NCBI RefSeq assembly: GCF_006345805.1
Contig: NC_042998.1
Span: forward strand, 98,084,001-98,148,000
DNA: 64,000 nt
Source of the DNA: Octopus sinensis
Lineage: Eukaryota
Reading direction: 5' to 3'
A program made the translations under genes and the position numbers. Below are positions 1 to 13,150 of this stretch, piece by piece. The notes under the pieces were generated by a model. The model was not told the DNA's origin and ran no database searches. It was given only the letters and a program-made list of their open reading frames with translations. Positions within the stretch are counted from its first letter, which is position 1, and each line of letters starts with the position of its first letter.

Positions 1-256
1 GTGCTGTTGATGATGATGATCTACAACAGGTAGGTCAATTTTTGAAATATCATTTCAGCTTTTAGTTTACTGAAATCTAACCCACAACAAATTAACTTTA
101 TACTTTTTACAGCTTCCCTCTCACAGGTATGAAACTGACTACATTGTCATTAGTGAATCTTCTATGTTTATCAATACCAACTCTTGTCCCTTCTATCATC
201 TCACAATTGCCACACCTGTTAAATCTAATAAACACTTTCCCAGTCCTTTACATTGA
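1..256 (+). other. Candidate spliced coding segment: exon end 1-29, 83-nt intron 30-112, next exon from 113 (either a 14-nt micro-exon 113-126 or a terminal exon to stop 254-256)
   Basis: CAG|GTAGGT donor at 29/30, CTAAC branch-like motif at 77-81, TTTTTACAG acceptor ending at 112. Joined frame reads AVDDDDLQQ|LPSHR; there is a second donor CAG|GTATGA at 126/127, and read-through gives YETDYIVISESS...PLH*. No protein recognised. Confidence 0.25.
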
Positions 257-1074
257 TTCAACCCATTTCTCAAAGCAATTCCAAATGGGAAGGAAAACAC
301 ACCAATACCCAAGTGGATAGGAAAACATTGGTAATGTGTATAATGTGTATAGAATAAACATTAGCAATGTTTTTCTACCTGCCACTTCAAGAGGACTTTA
401 TGAAAAACAGTAGACCTTGCCCTTCCACTTCATGCAAGCAAATAATATATTAAATGACATGTAACATGACTGAATGATAATCTTTTAACTACATAAGCAC
501 TGATGTGAAATTAACACATTTTGCTAATTACAAACTATAATCAAATAAAGCTAATCGTTATCTGAAGCTCATTGCTAAAATAACATTATCTTATAGTATT
601 ATGCTTATGCAGTGGTGCATGCTTTATCTTTTTGTTCTTATCTTTGTGGAGATAGATATGCAGCGTTTAGTTAGATGACCCAGATTATGGCACATGCATC
701 AATCCATTCTTGCATGTCATATGAATAAGTAAAGAAAACAGAGTCAGACTGTATTAACCCTAGAGGAGAATTTGATGACAAAGTGGTTATAGAACATATG
801 AATATAAATAGATTATCATTGTCATTATTCTACATCCATCTTCCTACACTGGCAGACATTGAACAGGTCTGTTACAGTTTTGGACCACCATTTGCCACAG
901 TCCTCCATCATCTGATACATAGAACAGCAGAGAAAACTGCCAGATCTTTGCAGATGTTGTGTATGTCATATTTTTCACAAAATTATTTACACATCTATTT
1001 TTGATGATTATCAAAAATAGATGTGTAAATAATTTTCTAACTACCATAATGATCAATTGAAAAAACTTCATCAG

Positions 1075-1460
1075 TTAACATCCACTTTCCCATGCTTCCA
1101 TGTACTAGATGGAATTTGTTGAAGCAGGTTTTCTATAATCAGATGCCCTCTCTGTTACCAACCCTTATCTGTTTCCAAGCACGGTAATATTTCCCCATGG
1201 CCAGACATGTTTTTCATAGAAGACTGGAAACAAACAACAAGGCTTGTATGATGGTGATGCTTATTTATAACCATCACACAATGTCAGTATAAGGACACAC
1301 ACGGGCTTCTTTCAGTTTCCATCAACCAAGTCTACATACAAGGATTTAGTTTACTTGGAGCTATAGTAGTAGACATCCAAGATACTGTGTGGTGTGACTG
1401 AACCTGGGACCAGAAGTTGAGAAGCAAAATTCTTAGCCACATAGCCATCCCAGCACCTAC
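1075..1460 (-). mobile_element. Decayed tRNA-headed SINE
   Basis: Contains reverse-strand family motifs gggcttctttcagtttcc..caa and gaacctgggacc..gcaaaattcttagccacatagcc, homologous to the intact copies at 8281 and 60883. Confidence 0.7.
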
Positions 1461-1825
1461 AACCACATTTGCACTTATGCATTAAATAATTTCTATTTTT
1501 TTAATAAATTTAGTGAACTCTAACTCACAGAAAATATTTTACATTCATTTTGAAAAAAAAACCCATAGATATCATGGGTACCAATTATTTTAAAAAAGAA
1601 ATTTCTTCATTGTATACATGTTAAAGTTTGTAGAGCTTTTAAAGTGGTTGGTGATAGGAAAGACATCCAGTCATAAAGAACCAAACTAAAAATAAAAACT
1701 GCAAGCAAAATGTAGTCCTCCAAGCCATCTAGGAAAACCGTAACTCTAAATAAGAACTGATTCAGATCTTGACAACTTGTCCAACTGAAACCAGCATAGA
1801 AAATTGACATAACATGATTTTTTAC

Positions 1826-1989
1826 ATGTTTCAGAGTCATAAGACTACAGCCATGCTGGGGCATCTACCACAATACTTCTTTCTTTTAAGCTTGGTACTT
1901 ATTCTGTTAGTATCTGTTTTCAAACAGCTAAGTTACAGGGATGTAAACACACCAACACTAATTGTCAAGTGGTGGGGTGGGGGCACAAA

Positions 1990-2028
<39 letters not shown>

Positions 2029-2183
2029 CAGACTTCTTTCAGTTTCCTTCTATCAAATCCACTCACAAAGCTCTGATCAACTGAGGCTATAGTAGAAGAC
2101 TAACTATAGCCCAAGCTGCCATACAGTAGGACTCAACCCAGAACCATGTAGTTGTGAAGCAAGCTTCTTACCACACAGCTACA
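1826..2183 (-). mobile_element. tRNA-headed SINE with internal (CA)n
   Basis: Reverse complement of the family at 60883-61320 (cagccatgctgggg..., cttctttcagtttcc..atcaaatccactcacaaagct, cttaccacacagct). Confidence 0.85.
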
Positions 2184-2275
2184 TCTTGTGATGATGATTT
2201 AACAGTAATCTATCATATTTGGTCTGATATATAAGGAAATGGAAGTAAGATTAGAATTCAGTTTTAAAAAATGCA

Positions 2276-2476
2276 GACAATATCTTGTGTTCCCATGAGA
2301 TATTTGTTCAGCTCATTGGTATATATGTCGTTAAGAACACCAAGGACAGACGATACCTTGTATCCCCTTGTGATGTTCATTCAGGTCACATTCAGAACAG
2401 AGCGATGATATCTCGTGTTCCCATCTAATATTTATTCAGATCACATGTACATATGACATTAAGAAGAGCAAGGACA
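2276..2476. repeat. Three diverged tandem copies of a ~55-73-bp unit
   Basis: gacaatatcttgtgttcccat..ttcag..ttaagaacaccaaggaca (2276-2348), a partial copy (2349-2403), and gatgatatctcgtgttcccat..ttcag..ttaagaagagcaaggaca (2404-2476). Confidence 0.7.
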
Positions 2477-4026
2477 AAAAGAAAAATGTTATTATTATTT
2501 ATGAATTTGATACATTTTCTTGTTTGGAGTACAACTCTAAAAATGAATTTATTTACTTACAAGCCTATCTCCTAAATATATCACTCAAAATAAATATATG
2601 TCTGCCGCATATCTATGAGGAGATGCAATGAAGACCTAACATTCAAACTATTGCCATTCACTGATTTCTATATATAATTCATATTTGTCATATTTTGTTG
2701 TTTTGTTTAACATTTAGATCAGAAATAATCTGCTCTTTTGAATATGAAGTACAAATGTGCTACTAGTGGTGTCAAATAATTTTTGTCACACTTCTTCCTC
2801 ACTCACTTTCAAATATACACTATCTCACCCAAGATATTCATTTCTGTGAAGAAAACGTTGCATACATGTAACAGCTATATAAATAAATAATTTATTACTT
2901 TAGAAATGGTTCAAAATAACATCATGTAGTATATTCATTAAACTTCTGAATAAATTGCTGAAACACAGCTGAAGGAATTGAAGAAGGGGCTACTACATAA
3001 AAGATTATATCAAATACAAAAGGAATAATGTAAATTACATTCTAGAAACAAGAATGTCAGCCATAATATTACACAGCTAATGTTTAATATAAAGAAAGCT
3101 CACAATTACTAAAGATAGTGTCATTATAAAAAGATTTGATGGTTGGGTGAATGAAAATCAGGCTAAATTGCAAAGTAAATACATATGACTTACATCAATT
3201 TCACCTTCGGCCAAGAGAATAAATATATTCTTTAATAAAAAAAACTTGGCAAGTTATAAATAAAATGGTCAATCATTTAAAAGAAGTGGTAGGTTCTGCC
3301 AAACAATCTACAGTTATATTAAGATGTAGATGTGAATTTCAATCAAAAGATATTTTAAAAAATAAATCACTGAGGGTAATTCCTTGGAGACATCATCAGG
3401 ATAAAGAAATAAAAAAAAATTGTAAAGTCAGTACTAACATAATACAGTAAGAGTGAAAAGAAATACTTATGTAAGAAGGAAAAGACATTAGCCTAATGAG
3501 TGATATTTTGATCAGCATGAAAACAACTTTAGACATGTTTCAGTTTTATTAGATTTTTTCAATGAATGAGGTCTATGCTTCACTGAGAAAGTCTATGAAC
3601 AAAACATTTCAAGAGTTCTCTACCATATTTGTCGTGATGAGTCAAATATTATTATTATTATTATTCATTGAGCTAATGCTGTTTTTGCTTTATTTTTATT
3701 TTTTATCACTGCAGAAGTATTCTTAATTAGATTTCTTGATATTTACAACTGATGCAAAACAATTTTTCTGCCTCCAAATCATGCAAAGGAAAATAATATC
3801 ACTGAGATTTATAAGAAGTTACAGATTTCTGGCTGTAGAACTGTTAGTGTCAATGATAATAACTGCTGGTAATGAAAAGATTGCAAGAGATATGCCACCA
3901 ACATTAATGATCAAAATAATGGCAGTAAATGCAAACACAAGTTAAAACCTACATTCTAGAAGAGACAAAAATATTTTAAAAAATTTTTCGAGTCAATATC
4001 ACATTGTCGGTAGCAAGCAATATTAC

Positions 4027-4238
4027 TTTTCTTCTTATCGTTTTTGTTCCAGTCATTGGATTGCGGCCATGCTGGGGCTGCTTTAGTTGGACAAATCACT
4101 CCCAGTACTTATTTTTCTTCAAATCTAGTACTTATTTCATTGGTCTCTTTTGCTGAAACCACTAAGTTACAGGGATTTAAACCAATCAACACTAGTTGTC
4201 AGGCAATGGGGAGAACACAATACACACACACACACACA

Positions 4239-4269
<31 letters not shown>

Positions 4270-4406
4270 CAAATCCACTCATAAGGAATTGGTCAGTGCA
4301 GGATTATAGTAGAAATCACTTGCCTGGTGTACCATGCAGTGGGACTGAACCTGAAACTACATGGTTACAAAATGAGCTTCTTAACTACACAGACATGCCA
4401 GCACCT
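4027..4406 (-). mobile_element. tRNA-headed SINE with internal (CA)n
   Basis: gttccagtcattggattgcggccatgctggg ... aaatccactcataagg ... gggactgaacctgaaactacatgg; same family as 8281 and 60883. Confidence 0.85.
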
Positions 4407-4627
4407 ATACAAAATTGTACATCATTCTGATTCATTCTTTAGTATTAGAAATATAGCCAAAGCGCACTTCTTTCCAAGAACTAGTACCTGTCCTAAACTA
4501 CTAGCTTGAAGACAGTGGTTGCTTGAAATTGTTTTTAGATGAAGGTATACTACTTTGGCCAGTTCAAACAACAGCTTAATTTCTACTCTGTCTTACATAT
4601 ACACAATAATATCATATGCATTAGGAA

Positions 4628-4669
<42 letters not shown>

Positions 4670-5564
4670 ATGACCAACAATTTACTTAGGTTTACTTAAA
4701 TAGTTCCTCCTAAACTACAAAGGTATATTTTCTAGAAATGCTTCAAAAAGATATGGAATTAGGATTTCATGAGCTATGAGCCAGTAACATTAACCACTTG
4801 ACCATAATGTCTTATAATAAAGCATAAATAGCAAGAAATATTTCATAATGTTAAAAATAAAGAATAAAACATTTTAATGCCTATTCTATTTATGTGTATT
4901 GATCCCTTTAATTAAGTTCATGTGAAACCCAGATGGAAGATCTGCCAGCATTAGTCAATATATTTTGGCAAATTATGAAATACTAATATTAGTCTACTCT
5001 GCTGCAATTATTAACAATTCTCAAAAATCAACAGAAAGATAGATTTTGTTTTTCTTTTACCTTTTTAATTGCTAAATTTTTATTGTAAGAAAATATTCCA
5101 TAACTGAGGGAAATAAAGTAGTAGTTCTTTCTTTAGAGATAATCAGCTTTTCCTATGAATTCTTTTGTCCTTTCTATTATTTTCATGTAAAAAAAAAAAT
5201 CAATACTGATTTTTGCATTTATATAACTACATATTTCATAAAGAAGTATCCATCAAAATCAAAGGAAGCCTAAATACATTTTTAAATCTTTACTAACATC
5301 TACAAAATAAAATGAAAAGATTCATCTGTTTTCTTCTTGAATGTGTAATCACAGATAGCTAAATATGTTTAGTCTGATGTCAGCCCTGATCAGACAGACC
5401 TATGATCGAAAGTGTTCAGCTGTGACCATCTCATCATTTATTAAGATAGTGTATTTATGACCACATTATGTAATGATAGAATAGGATTTAGTTGCTATTT
5501 TTAGTGTTAGAAGTTCTTTCATAGGTTTGTAATACATGTATATGCATCATGGTAACAGGTTTAT

Positions 5565-5755
5565 ATCATCATCATTTAATGTCTGTATTCCTGGCTGGCA
5601 TGAGTTGGACACTTTGACAGAATCCAGCAATCCTCAACGTCAGGTTTGACATGGTTTCTATGGCTGGATGCCTTCCCTAACACCAATCACTTTACAGTGT
5701 GAACTGAATACACTTTTTTTCATGCAACCAGCACTAGTGAGGTCACCAAGTAACT
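5565..5755 (-). mobile_element. Short RTE-type 3'-tail retroposon fragment with (CAT)n
   Basis: catcatcatttaatgtc..ggcatgagttggac..ggctggatgccttccctaacaccaatcactttacag, homologous to the terminal ~180 bp of the 19562 copy. Confidence 0.8.
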
Positions 5756-5801
5756 TTAAATATTCATAAATATTATGAATGAAAGATACAACATTAAGTA
5801 C

Positions 5802-6053
5802 AGGATATCACCAACAAGTGAGAAATACAGAAACACAGAATGAGAGATAAGTATGGGACAAAATACCAAAAGAAGTCTAACTCCACTTCAGTTGTCAACT
5901 GTTTATTACTCCCTATTTCATGCTTTCATTCAAAGCTCAAAATAGGGAGTAATTAACAGTCAACAACTGAGGAGGAGTTAGGCTTCTTTTGGTATTTTGT
6001 CCTGTACTTTTCTCTCATGTGTTTACATATTTTTCACTCACTGGTGATGTCCT
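5802..6053. repeat. Fold-back (palindromic) element, ~250 bp
   Basis: Core arms 5856-5918 and 5940-6002 are reverse complements at 57/63 positions; looser pairing extends to 5802/6053; 21-nt centre. Confidence 0.9.
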
Positions 6054-8280
6054 CTGCTGAATGTGTATTTTTTATTTATTTATAACCAAACACCATGCAG
6101 CTTTGTCCACAGTGAGTTCTTACATTTATTTATTTATATATATATATATATATACATATATGAGGTGAGCCTATATACAATGACAAAAATTTAATATGTA
6201 TGCAAATGTATATATATTAAATTTATTTAATATACATGCATGTGTATACTCATTATTACCAACATATGTGCATGCATTTACAAACACATACAGATGCATA
6301 CAAGTTTTCTTTAATATTTTTGTGCTGGTAATATTACATCACTCCTATTAATGTTTGAACTATTAGAGCATAGTTTGTGCTTTTCATATATCTGTATATA
6401 ATAGAAAAGTTAGTGTGAAGAAGAGCTTACTCTTCTACTCACCTCACTACACATTAATATAAAGCTCTCATTTTTAGTTCTAATTCATGCTAACAAAGAC
6501 CACCACTGGCCTGCCAAACTGTGTGAGTGAGAGGGAGAGAGAACATACATATTTCTGCATATGTGTATTCAATGTATGGAAGGTGGAACATATAAAAACA
6601 AAAACTTTAATATTAACTTCACAACTGTGCTAAAACATTCACGAGTTGCCACAGTCTCTTTTATATAGCCTGCACTTGCTTTAATAACTGTTTCCAAAAT
6701 TAACAACATTCAATATCATATATATCGAAACTTATATTGTCATTGTCATGCCTACTTTTTCCATGTTGGCATGAGTGGGATAAAACTTCTAGAAACAATA
6801 TTCTATAGCTAGATACCCTTCCTGATACCAACTCTTACATGTTTTTAAATAAGGTACTTTATTCCAATCCCCTTTGCATGTTGAACTGCCCAAGCTACAA
6901 GAGATATAATGCCACTGCTAGCCAAAAGTAATAAATGACATGCAGCAAGATCTAACTGAAAACAATTGATATTCCAAAGTAAGCATCTTTACTACATAGC
7001 TATACCTGTACCATATACACATGGTTTCCTATCAAATGTGTCATTCTCAACCCCATCAGAGTCAACTTCATATTTGTCATCATCAGCCTCAATTTCATCA
7101 TTACCATTTTATACTATCACTGTACGATCAAGTGATTTTTTTTTTCTATGACCAGACATTGATATCAGTGAAACTTTTTAATGTTTACATTCTTTTACAA
7201 TTCTGTAACAAGTCAAAGTTCTCCTGGTTTTAATATATGTATTTATATAAAAAATATTATTTATCAACACCAAGTTAACTTTGATTACTGAAGATGATTG
7301 TGCAGGATTAAGAGAGTTAAGAAATGGGAATGATGAATAAAAGGTTAAACTAATGTTATTTATTTTTATCTTTGTCATGTTATATATGTATATATGTAGA
7401 ATACTATGCAGTTTTACATTTACTGTACTAAATGTACATATATTTCCAATAATAGTAAGGTGAAACAATTTTTATTTTATAAAACTTGTAATCCTTTACA
7501 AAAAAATTTTAATGTTTATATTCTTTCACAATTGTAATCACTGATGCCAATATCTGTTCATAAAAAATTTGCTCCATCACACAAGGATGATATTTAAGTT
7601 GACAATGATGAAATTGAGATCGACAACAATGTAATCAGGGCTGGCAATAATGAAATTGAGGTTGATGATGATGAATTTGAAAGTGAAAATGGTGAAGTTG
7701 ATATCAAATCTGAGGGGAAAACAGTGCGCATGTGTGTGTGAGTTTCCTCATGTAAATGTATATGACTATTAATGACGAGAACTAAGAAATCTTCCTTTGG
7801 ACCCTTTTAGAATGAGTTACTTAAAAAGTTATGGCCACTAATTTATATTTAATTTACTCTGATTATTTTTTCTAAAGGAGAGATTTTGATATGAAACAAT
7901 CAAAGAAGGGTTTAAGAGTTTGATAATGGTGCAACAATAAATACATGTCATTAGAAAGGAAATGTGGTTGTTATTGAAATAAATATTGTTGCTGTGAAGA
8001 AACAAAAACTATTGCCAAAATATTGCTGTTGATATTAGTGAATTTCTTGTCCTATATACATTTCTTGCTTCTGTCAGCAAAAAATGAGAGCAGTTGAGTT
8101 ACTCACTTGTCACTCATTCTTACTAAAATGTTCCTGTTTTATCATCACAGGTTTTAAAGAACAGATATTATATACCTTTCCTAACTTTCAACGTCCTTAT
8201 ATGTCTACTCATTTTCAGGTCCATCAAATCCAAACTAGTTTGGAGAAGAAGATTTTCAAAGTAAAAAATAATGGTTGAAA

Positions 8281-8666
8281 CAGGCTTTGTGGTAAGTAGC
8301 TTGCTTACGAACCACAGGGTTCTGGGTTCAGACCCACTGCATGGCACCTTGGGCAAGTGTCTTCTACTATAGCCTCGGGCCAACCAAAGCCTTGTCAGTG
8401 GATTTGGTAGATGGAAACTGAAAGAAGCCCATCGTATATATGTATATTTATATGTGTGTGTGTTTGTGTGTCTGTGTTAGTTGCTCCAACATCGCTTGAC
8501 AACCGATGCTGGTGTGTTTACATCCCTGTAACTTAGCAGTTCGGCAAAAGAGACTGATAGAATAAGTACTAGGCTTACAAAGAATAAGTCCTGGGGTCAA
8601 TTTGCTTGACTAAAGGCAGTGCTTCAGCATGGCCACAGTCACATGACTGGAACAAGTAAAAGAGTA
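8281..8666 (+). mobile_element. Near full-length tRNA-headed SINE
   Basis: Head gtggtaagtagcttgc..gggttcagacccactgc (A/B-box-like), body gcaccttgggcaagtgtcttctactatagcc, internal (TA)/(TG) microsatellite, tail gaacaagtaaaagag; closely similar to 60883-61320. Confidence 0.9.
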
Positions 8667-9824
8667 AACAAAATATACAGGATTATAGTATATCAATCCT
8701 TTTAAAATAGTAAGATAAGATTTTTAAAAGATTTGGTTGCTACTTCAAGCTGTTTGAGTAATTGTGTTGGTCCCCTTATAAACATGAACTGTATAAGTCA
8801 TTAAATGTAGTACACAGTGGTCATATAATATAGGTCAAAGATGATGAGAAGGGGAAAAAAATGTAGTGAGACTAGTGACAGCTAAGTGGAGCCAAAGATG
8901 AAAAAAAATTGCGAGAAAACAAACTAATAAGCTTTCCTTTGTATCATATTAAAGGGAAAATGGATCATATAACAATTTATAAATAAAAGTTGCCATACAT
9001 TTTATGATTCTCCAAATTAGTAAGTCATCATAATTAATATTTGTTTTCCTAAAGTTGCTTTCCCTTTTTTTTTTTCATTTCCCAGGGGGTGTAACATTTC
9101 CCTTGGACTCAGTTGCTATATTTTCATAGTCTCAGATCACTTTCTTCTGAAGCCTTCCTTATGACCATGTTTTTTAAGGGTTTCTTTTTCTTTTCTTTAT
9201 TACTTTAGCTTATTATTCAAATGTTACTTCAATATTAGCATAAATTGTAAGCCAGGATATTATAGAGAATTCACTGAAATTGGTTAAACTAGGTAATGAT
9301 TTGCTTTAAAACCTGTTTTCTTCTGAAGTATATGTATTACATTGCTGTAATATGATCAAATACAAAAATTCATCCGTTTAGAATTAGCATCCTTGGCCCT
9401 AAAAGAATTAGAATCTAAATTTCTTTATTGATTTAGGCTCTTATAATTTGATACCTTTTACAGTAGTCTTAAGTACTGATTCTCAAGAGAGAGCCATATG
9501 GCACACATGAAGCCATAAAACATTTCCACAAAATTAGATTTGGGAATCCACAGAAGATTCTGAAGGAGGCAACACATAAATTTAACTACCAGATGTGCAA
9601 TCACCCAAATCATAATCCCTCTTCCAGTTGTGAGTGTGTGTGTGCATGCACATGCAAATTTCAATATCATAAATGTAAAACATTAAAATAGTTTACTGCT
9701 ATGTGTTATTTAACTACTAAAAATAAAAAAACAATCGTATAGAAATGTGTGTGACTGAGTGTGTCCTTCAATAACTTGTTCCAATACAAGCTGACCTTTG
9801 GTTAGCTTATAAATGTGCATATAT

Positions 9825-10140
9825 CATCATCATTGCTTCATGTTCACTTTCCATGCTGGCGTGGGTTGGGAAGTTGAACAGAGCCCAAAAAGTTGAAAAA
9901 CCACATCTGGACCTTATGTCTTAGTTTTGATATGGTTAAACGCCCTTCCTAACACCAACCACTTTACAAACTGCAGAAGATGCATTTTTTCTTATTACAA
10001 ACATTAGAGGGGTTGTCTTGCTCTTGGCAAAACTAAAGAGTTCTATCAATCCTGCATTGTCTCGGCTTGATTTACCAACCACTTTACATAGTGCATTGGG
10101 TACTTTTTTTTTTCTGTGGCACCAGCATTAGTGAGGTTCC
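9825..10140 (-). mobile_element. RTE-type 3'-tail retroposon fragment
   Basis: catcatcatt..ccatgctggcgtgggttgg..cccttcctaacaccaaccactttac; the accaaccactttac segment occurs twice. Confidence 0.7.
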
Positions 10141-11059
10141 CTTGTTACCCTTTATAACCCTCAAGGTTAAAATAAGAGTGATGACTTGCCAAGTTGTTCA
10201 GAGAAGTTGAAGTATGATAAACAGAATGTATTTATTATGAGAAAGTGGTAGTGGAGATAGTAATAGTGGAGATAGTAATGCAACAGCATTAGTGGACATT
10301 AGAGGAAGGGAAATAATGGAACGATAAAGGAAAGAGTAGAATCATGGTTAGTGTAAGAGACAGAAGTAAGGATGATGACATGGGTTGTGTATGAGATCCA
10401 GCGCTACCCTTAATTACACACACACACACACTCAATCATAATTTTACATATATTTTTATGCTGGCATGAGTTGGATGCATTATCAGGATCTGAGTTAGTT
10501 CTTATTGTAATTATAACCCTCTTAGACAGGTGGTAGGATCACATCACAGTCATCTCAGTTTTAGCATAATTTTTATGACTGTACATCCTACATCAGCCAT
10601 GTTACAGAGTGTACTGAATGCACTTTTCATGGCAACAACACCAGAGAGGCTTTCATACTCCCAGCAAGAGTAAATAGAGCTCTCAACCCTGCTTTGTCTC
10701 ATCTTGATTTGCCAATCCTTACACACACACACACACACAGCAGTCATTTGTAATTGGTTACACGTGCCATAAGTGCCAATGTGTTGAAAGGAGAAAACAC
10801 TGTTTCAATCCTCATGCTCATGACTCAACAAAAGATCCAGGATGTAACATGTAGAAGAGGAGAGGGTTACACTAGCACTTAGCTGGTACTTTGACTTCAG
10901 GAGTTGAACCCATAATGCAAGAGCCAGTAAAAAATATCATTAACACATTTTATCCGATGTTCCTACATCTCTACTCATCAACCACTTTGCATGTGTGCGT
11001 GAAGAGAAACTCTCTATATCTCTAATGAATCATGATGGCAACACCAATCATTTGCATAT

Positions 11060-11560
11060 TAAAATGATGGTGACGGGGAATATTCTGAAAGCATAAACAT
11101 TCAGAGTAAGAGCTGGTTGGAAAAACTTCAGGGAGTTATGTTTGCTGGAAACAAAGAGCTTTCTCCTAACAATGAAGGGCATATTGTATGATACCTGTCT
11201 ATGAAGCATGATAATGAATGGTTGTGAGATGCTGGTACTGAACACAGAAGATTTGTGAAGACTAGAAAGAAATGAAGTGAGCATGGTCTCCTGAATGTGT
11301 AATATTGCTGTGCATGAATGGTGGAGTACAAATGAGGTGATAAAATACTGAATCTAGAAAGAATCAAATGAGAGAAAATGGCATTGATACCGGCACAAAA
11401 AGAAAGCTATATTTGATACAGGCATATAATATGTATGAAAGGGGACAGCTAATAAGGAATTGCTGTGCACTGAAAGTGAATGGTACTTGTGAAAAATAAA
11501 TATTGAGGAAAATTTGGACAGAATGGTGAAGACATCTGAAGTTGTTGCATCTCACAGAGG
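11060..11560 (+). pseudogene. Old RTE-like LINE fragment (RT C-terminal region)
   Basis: Translates with stops as RVRAGWKNFRELCLLETK..KGILYDTCL*SMIMNGCEMLVLNTEDL*RLERNEVSMVS*MCN, paralogous to 14900-15100 of the larger LINE. Confidence 0.75.
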
Positions 11561-12944
11561 AGAGGACAAAAACCCTGTTGACTGACAACACAGTGTGAGG
11601 AAATTCTCTTCCAGCCATGCAGGTAAGGTAAAATAGAAATTTAAATTGTGTTTGTGCATATGTACGTGTTACCTTGCTTGGAAATAAGGTTTGGCAACAG
11701 ATAAGAAATCTGGCCATAGAAAATCTGCCTCAATAAACTCCATTCAAAATAAGCAAGCATGGAAAAGTGATGTGATGATGATACATAAACATACACACAT
11801 GCAAGCGTGTGTATATGTGAATGAGCATATATACATATGTATGTATGTATGCATGCATGCATAAATAGATGTATAAAGAGACAGATTAATAAATGAATAC
11901 TGTCATGTCTACATCTGCCTATTTGATAGCTTCTCATCACTATCATACCTACAAACCCACTATCCCACATACCTTTTATTACTCATGCCACTGTCATCCA
12001 TACTTCTATCAGACATGCTTCATTGCACATACCTCCATTGCTCATCTCTCACTTAATCACGCTTTTCTTTGCATTCCTACACTACTGTGCAGTCAGTGTG
12101 ACTAAGGATAGCAACAGATCTCCTCTTCCCTTCACCAAACCTTGCCCAATTCCCTCATCTCCCCAATGATCAATCTCTTCCTTTTCCATCCTTGTCAGTT
12201 TCATCCTCTCACCTATATCAAGGCATATACATAAAGAAGCATTATCATATCTGCATGTAGCTACACATTCTACCATTATCCTTTGTCCCCACCCCAACTT
12301 CATTTGGTATCAACTATCATTTACTCCCCCATTTAGCCACTTCTTACCATTCATCTGCCACACCTCTACTATCCTTATCCCAATTACACTGTTCTTACCA
12401 ACACACTCTTACTCCTCTCTCTTGCCCATCCTTTCACTACTGTTCTCACCTATTTGGATCAACTAACTTTAGCAACCTACTTCTGTTGGTGTCAGTCACT
12501 ATAATTCCAACCAGAATCCTTTACAAAAGTGGTGATAAGCAAATGGAGACATGGCAGTTGACAGCAGTCTTTAATATTGTTAAAGACATGGCAATCCTCC
12601 CAAGTACTGGTGCATGTAGTACACTCTTAAGTGTGGGGCTGAGAGAACTCCTTTAGTATTATTGAGGACATGACAAACTTTCTAGTGATGGTGCTGCAAA
12701 TAAATGCACCAAGTATATTCTGTAAAGTCGTTAATGTAAATAAAGACTTTCAGACATAGAAACCATGTGAAAACCACAATGTCTGAGGATGCCATGGACC
12801 TTTAAGTTGTTTGGAAGACTACAACACCAATGAAAATTTATTCAACCAAGTTAGTTTAAGTTCACTCTAAATTCAATGATTTACTTATTAAAATATACTA
12901 TCTTACATCCTGCAATTATTCCTGTCCTACTGCATTGAATTATT

Positions 12945-13150
12945 GGTTTCAGAGTTTGGCACAAAGCCAGCAACTTCAGGGGAGTGTTTAAGCTGATTAC
13001 ATCAACCCCAATACTTATTTTATTGACCCCGAAAGGATGAAAGGCGAAGTCAATCTCAGCAGAATTTGAACTCAGAATGTATAGACTGATGAAATACCGG
13101 TAAGTATTTTGCCCGACTTGCTAATGATTCTGCAAGTTAATGGCCTTACC
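12945..13150 (-). mobile_element. tRNA-derived SINE, second family
   Basis: ttattgaccccgaaaggatgaaaggcgaagtcaatctcagcagaatttgaactcagaa; the minus strand gives a B-box-like gagttcaaattc and a cctttcatcctttcggggtc core typical of invertebrate SINEs. Confidence 0.75.

Noticed and set aside
1607-1864. Hydrophobic minus-strand ORF
   Set aside because: It overlaps a decayed retroposon tail (gtggttggtgataggaaagacatccag) and a SINE.
5960-6002. CTGAGGA in the fold-back arm as a hammerhead
   Set aside because: There is no downstream GAAA core or stem III.
9458-9670. ORF or exon ending at GTGAGT near 9630
   Set aside because: The best acceptor gives stops in all frames, and the donor is the start of a (TG)n tract.
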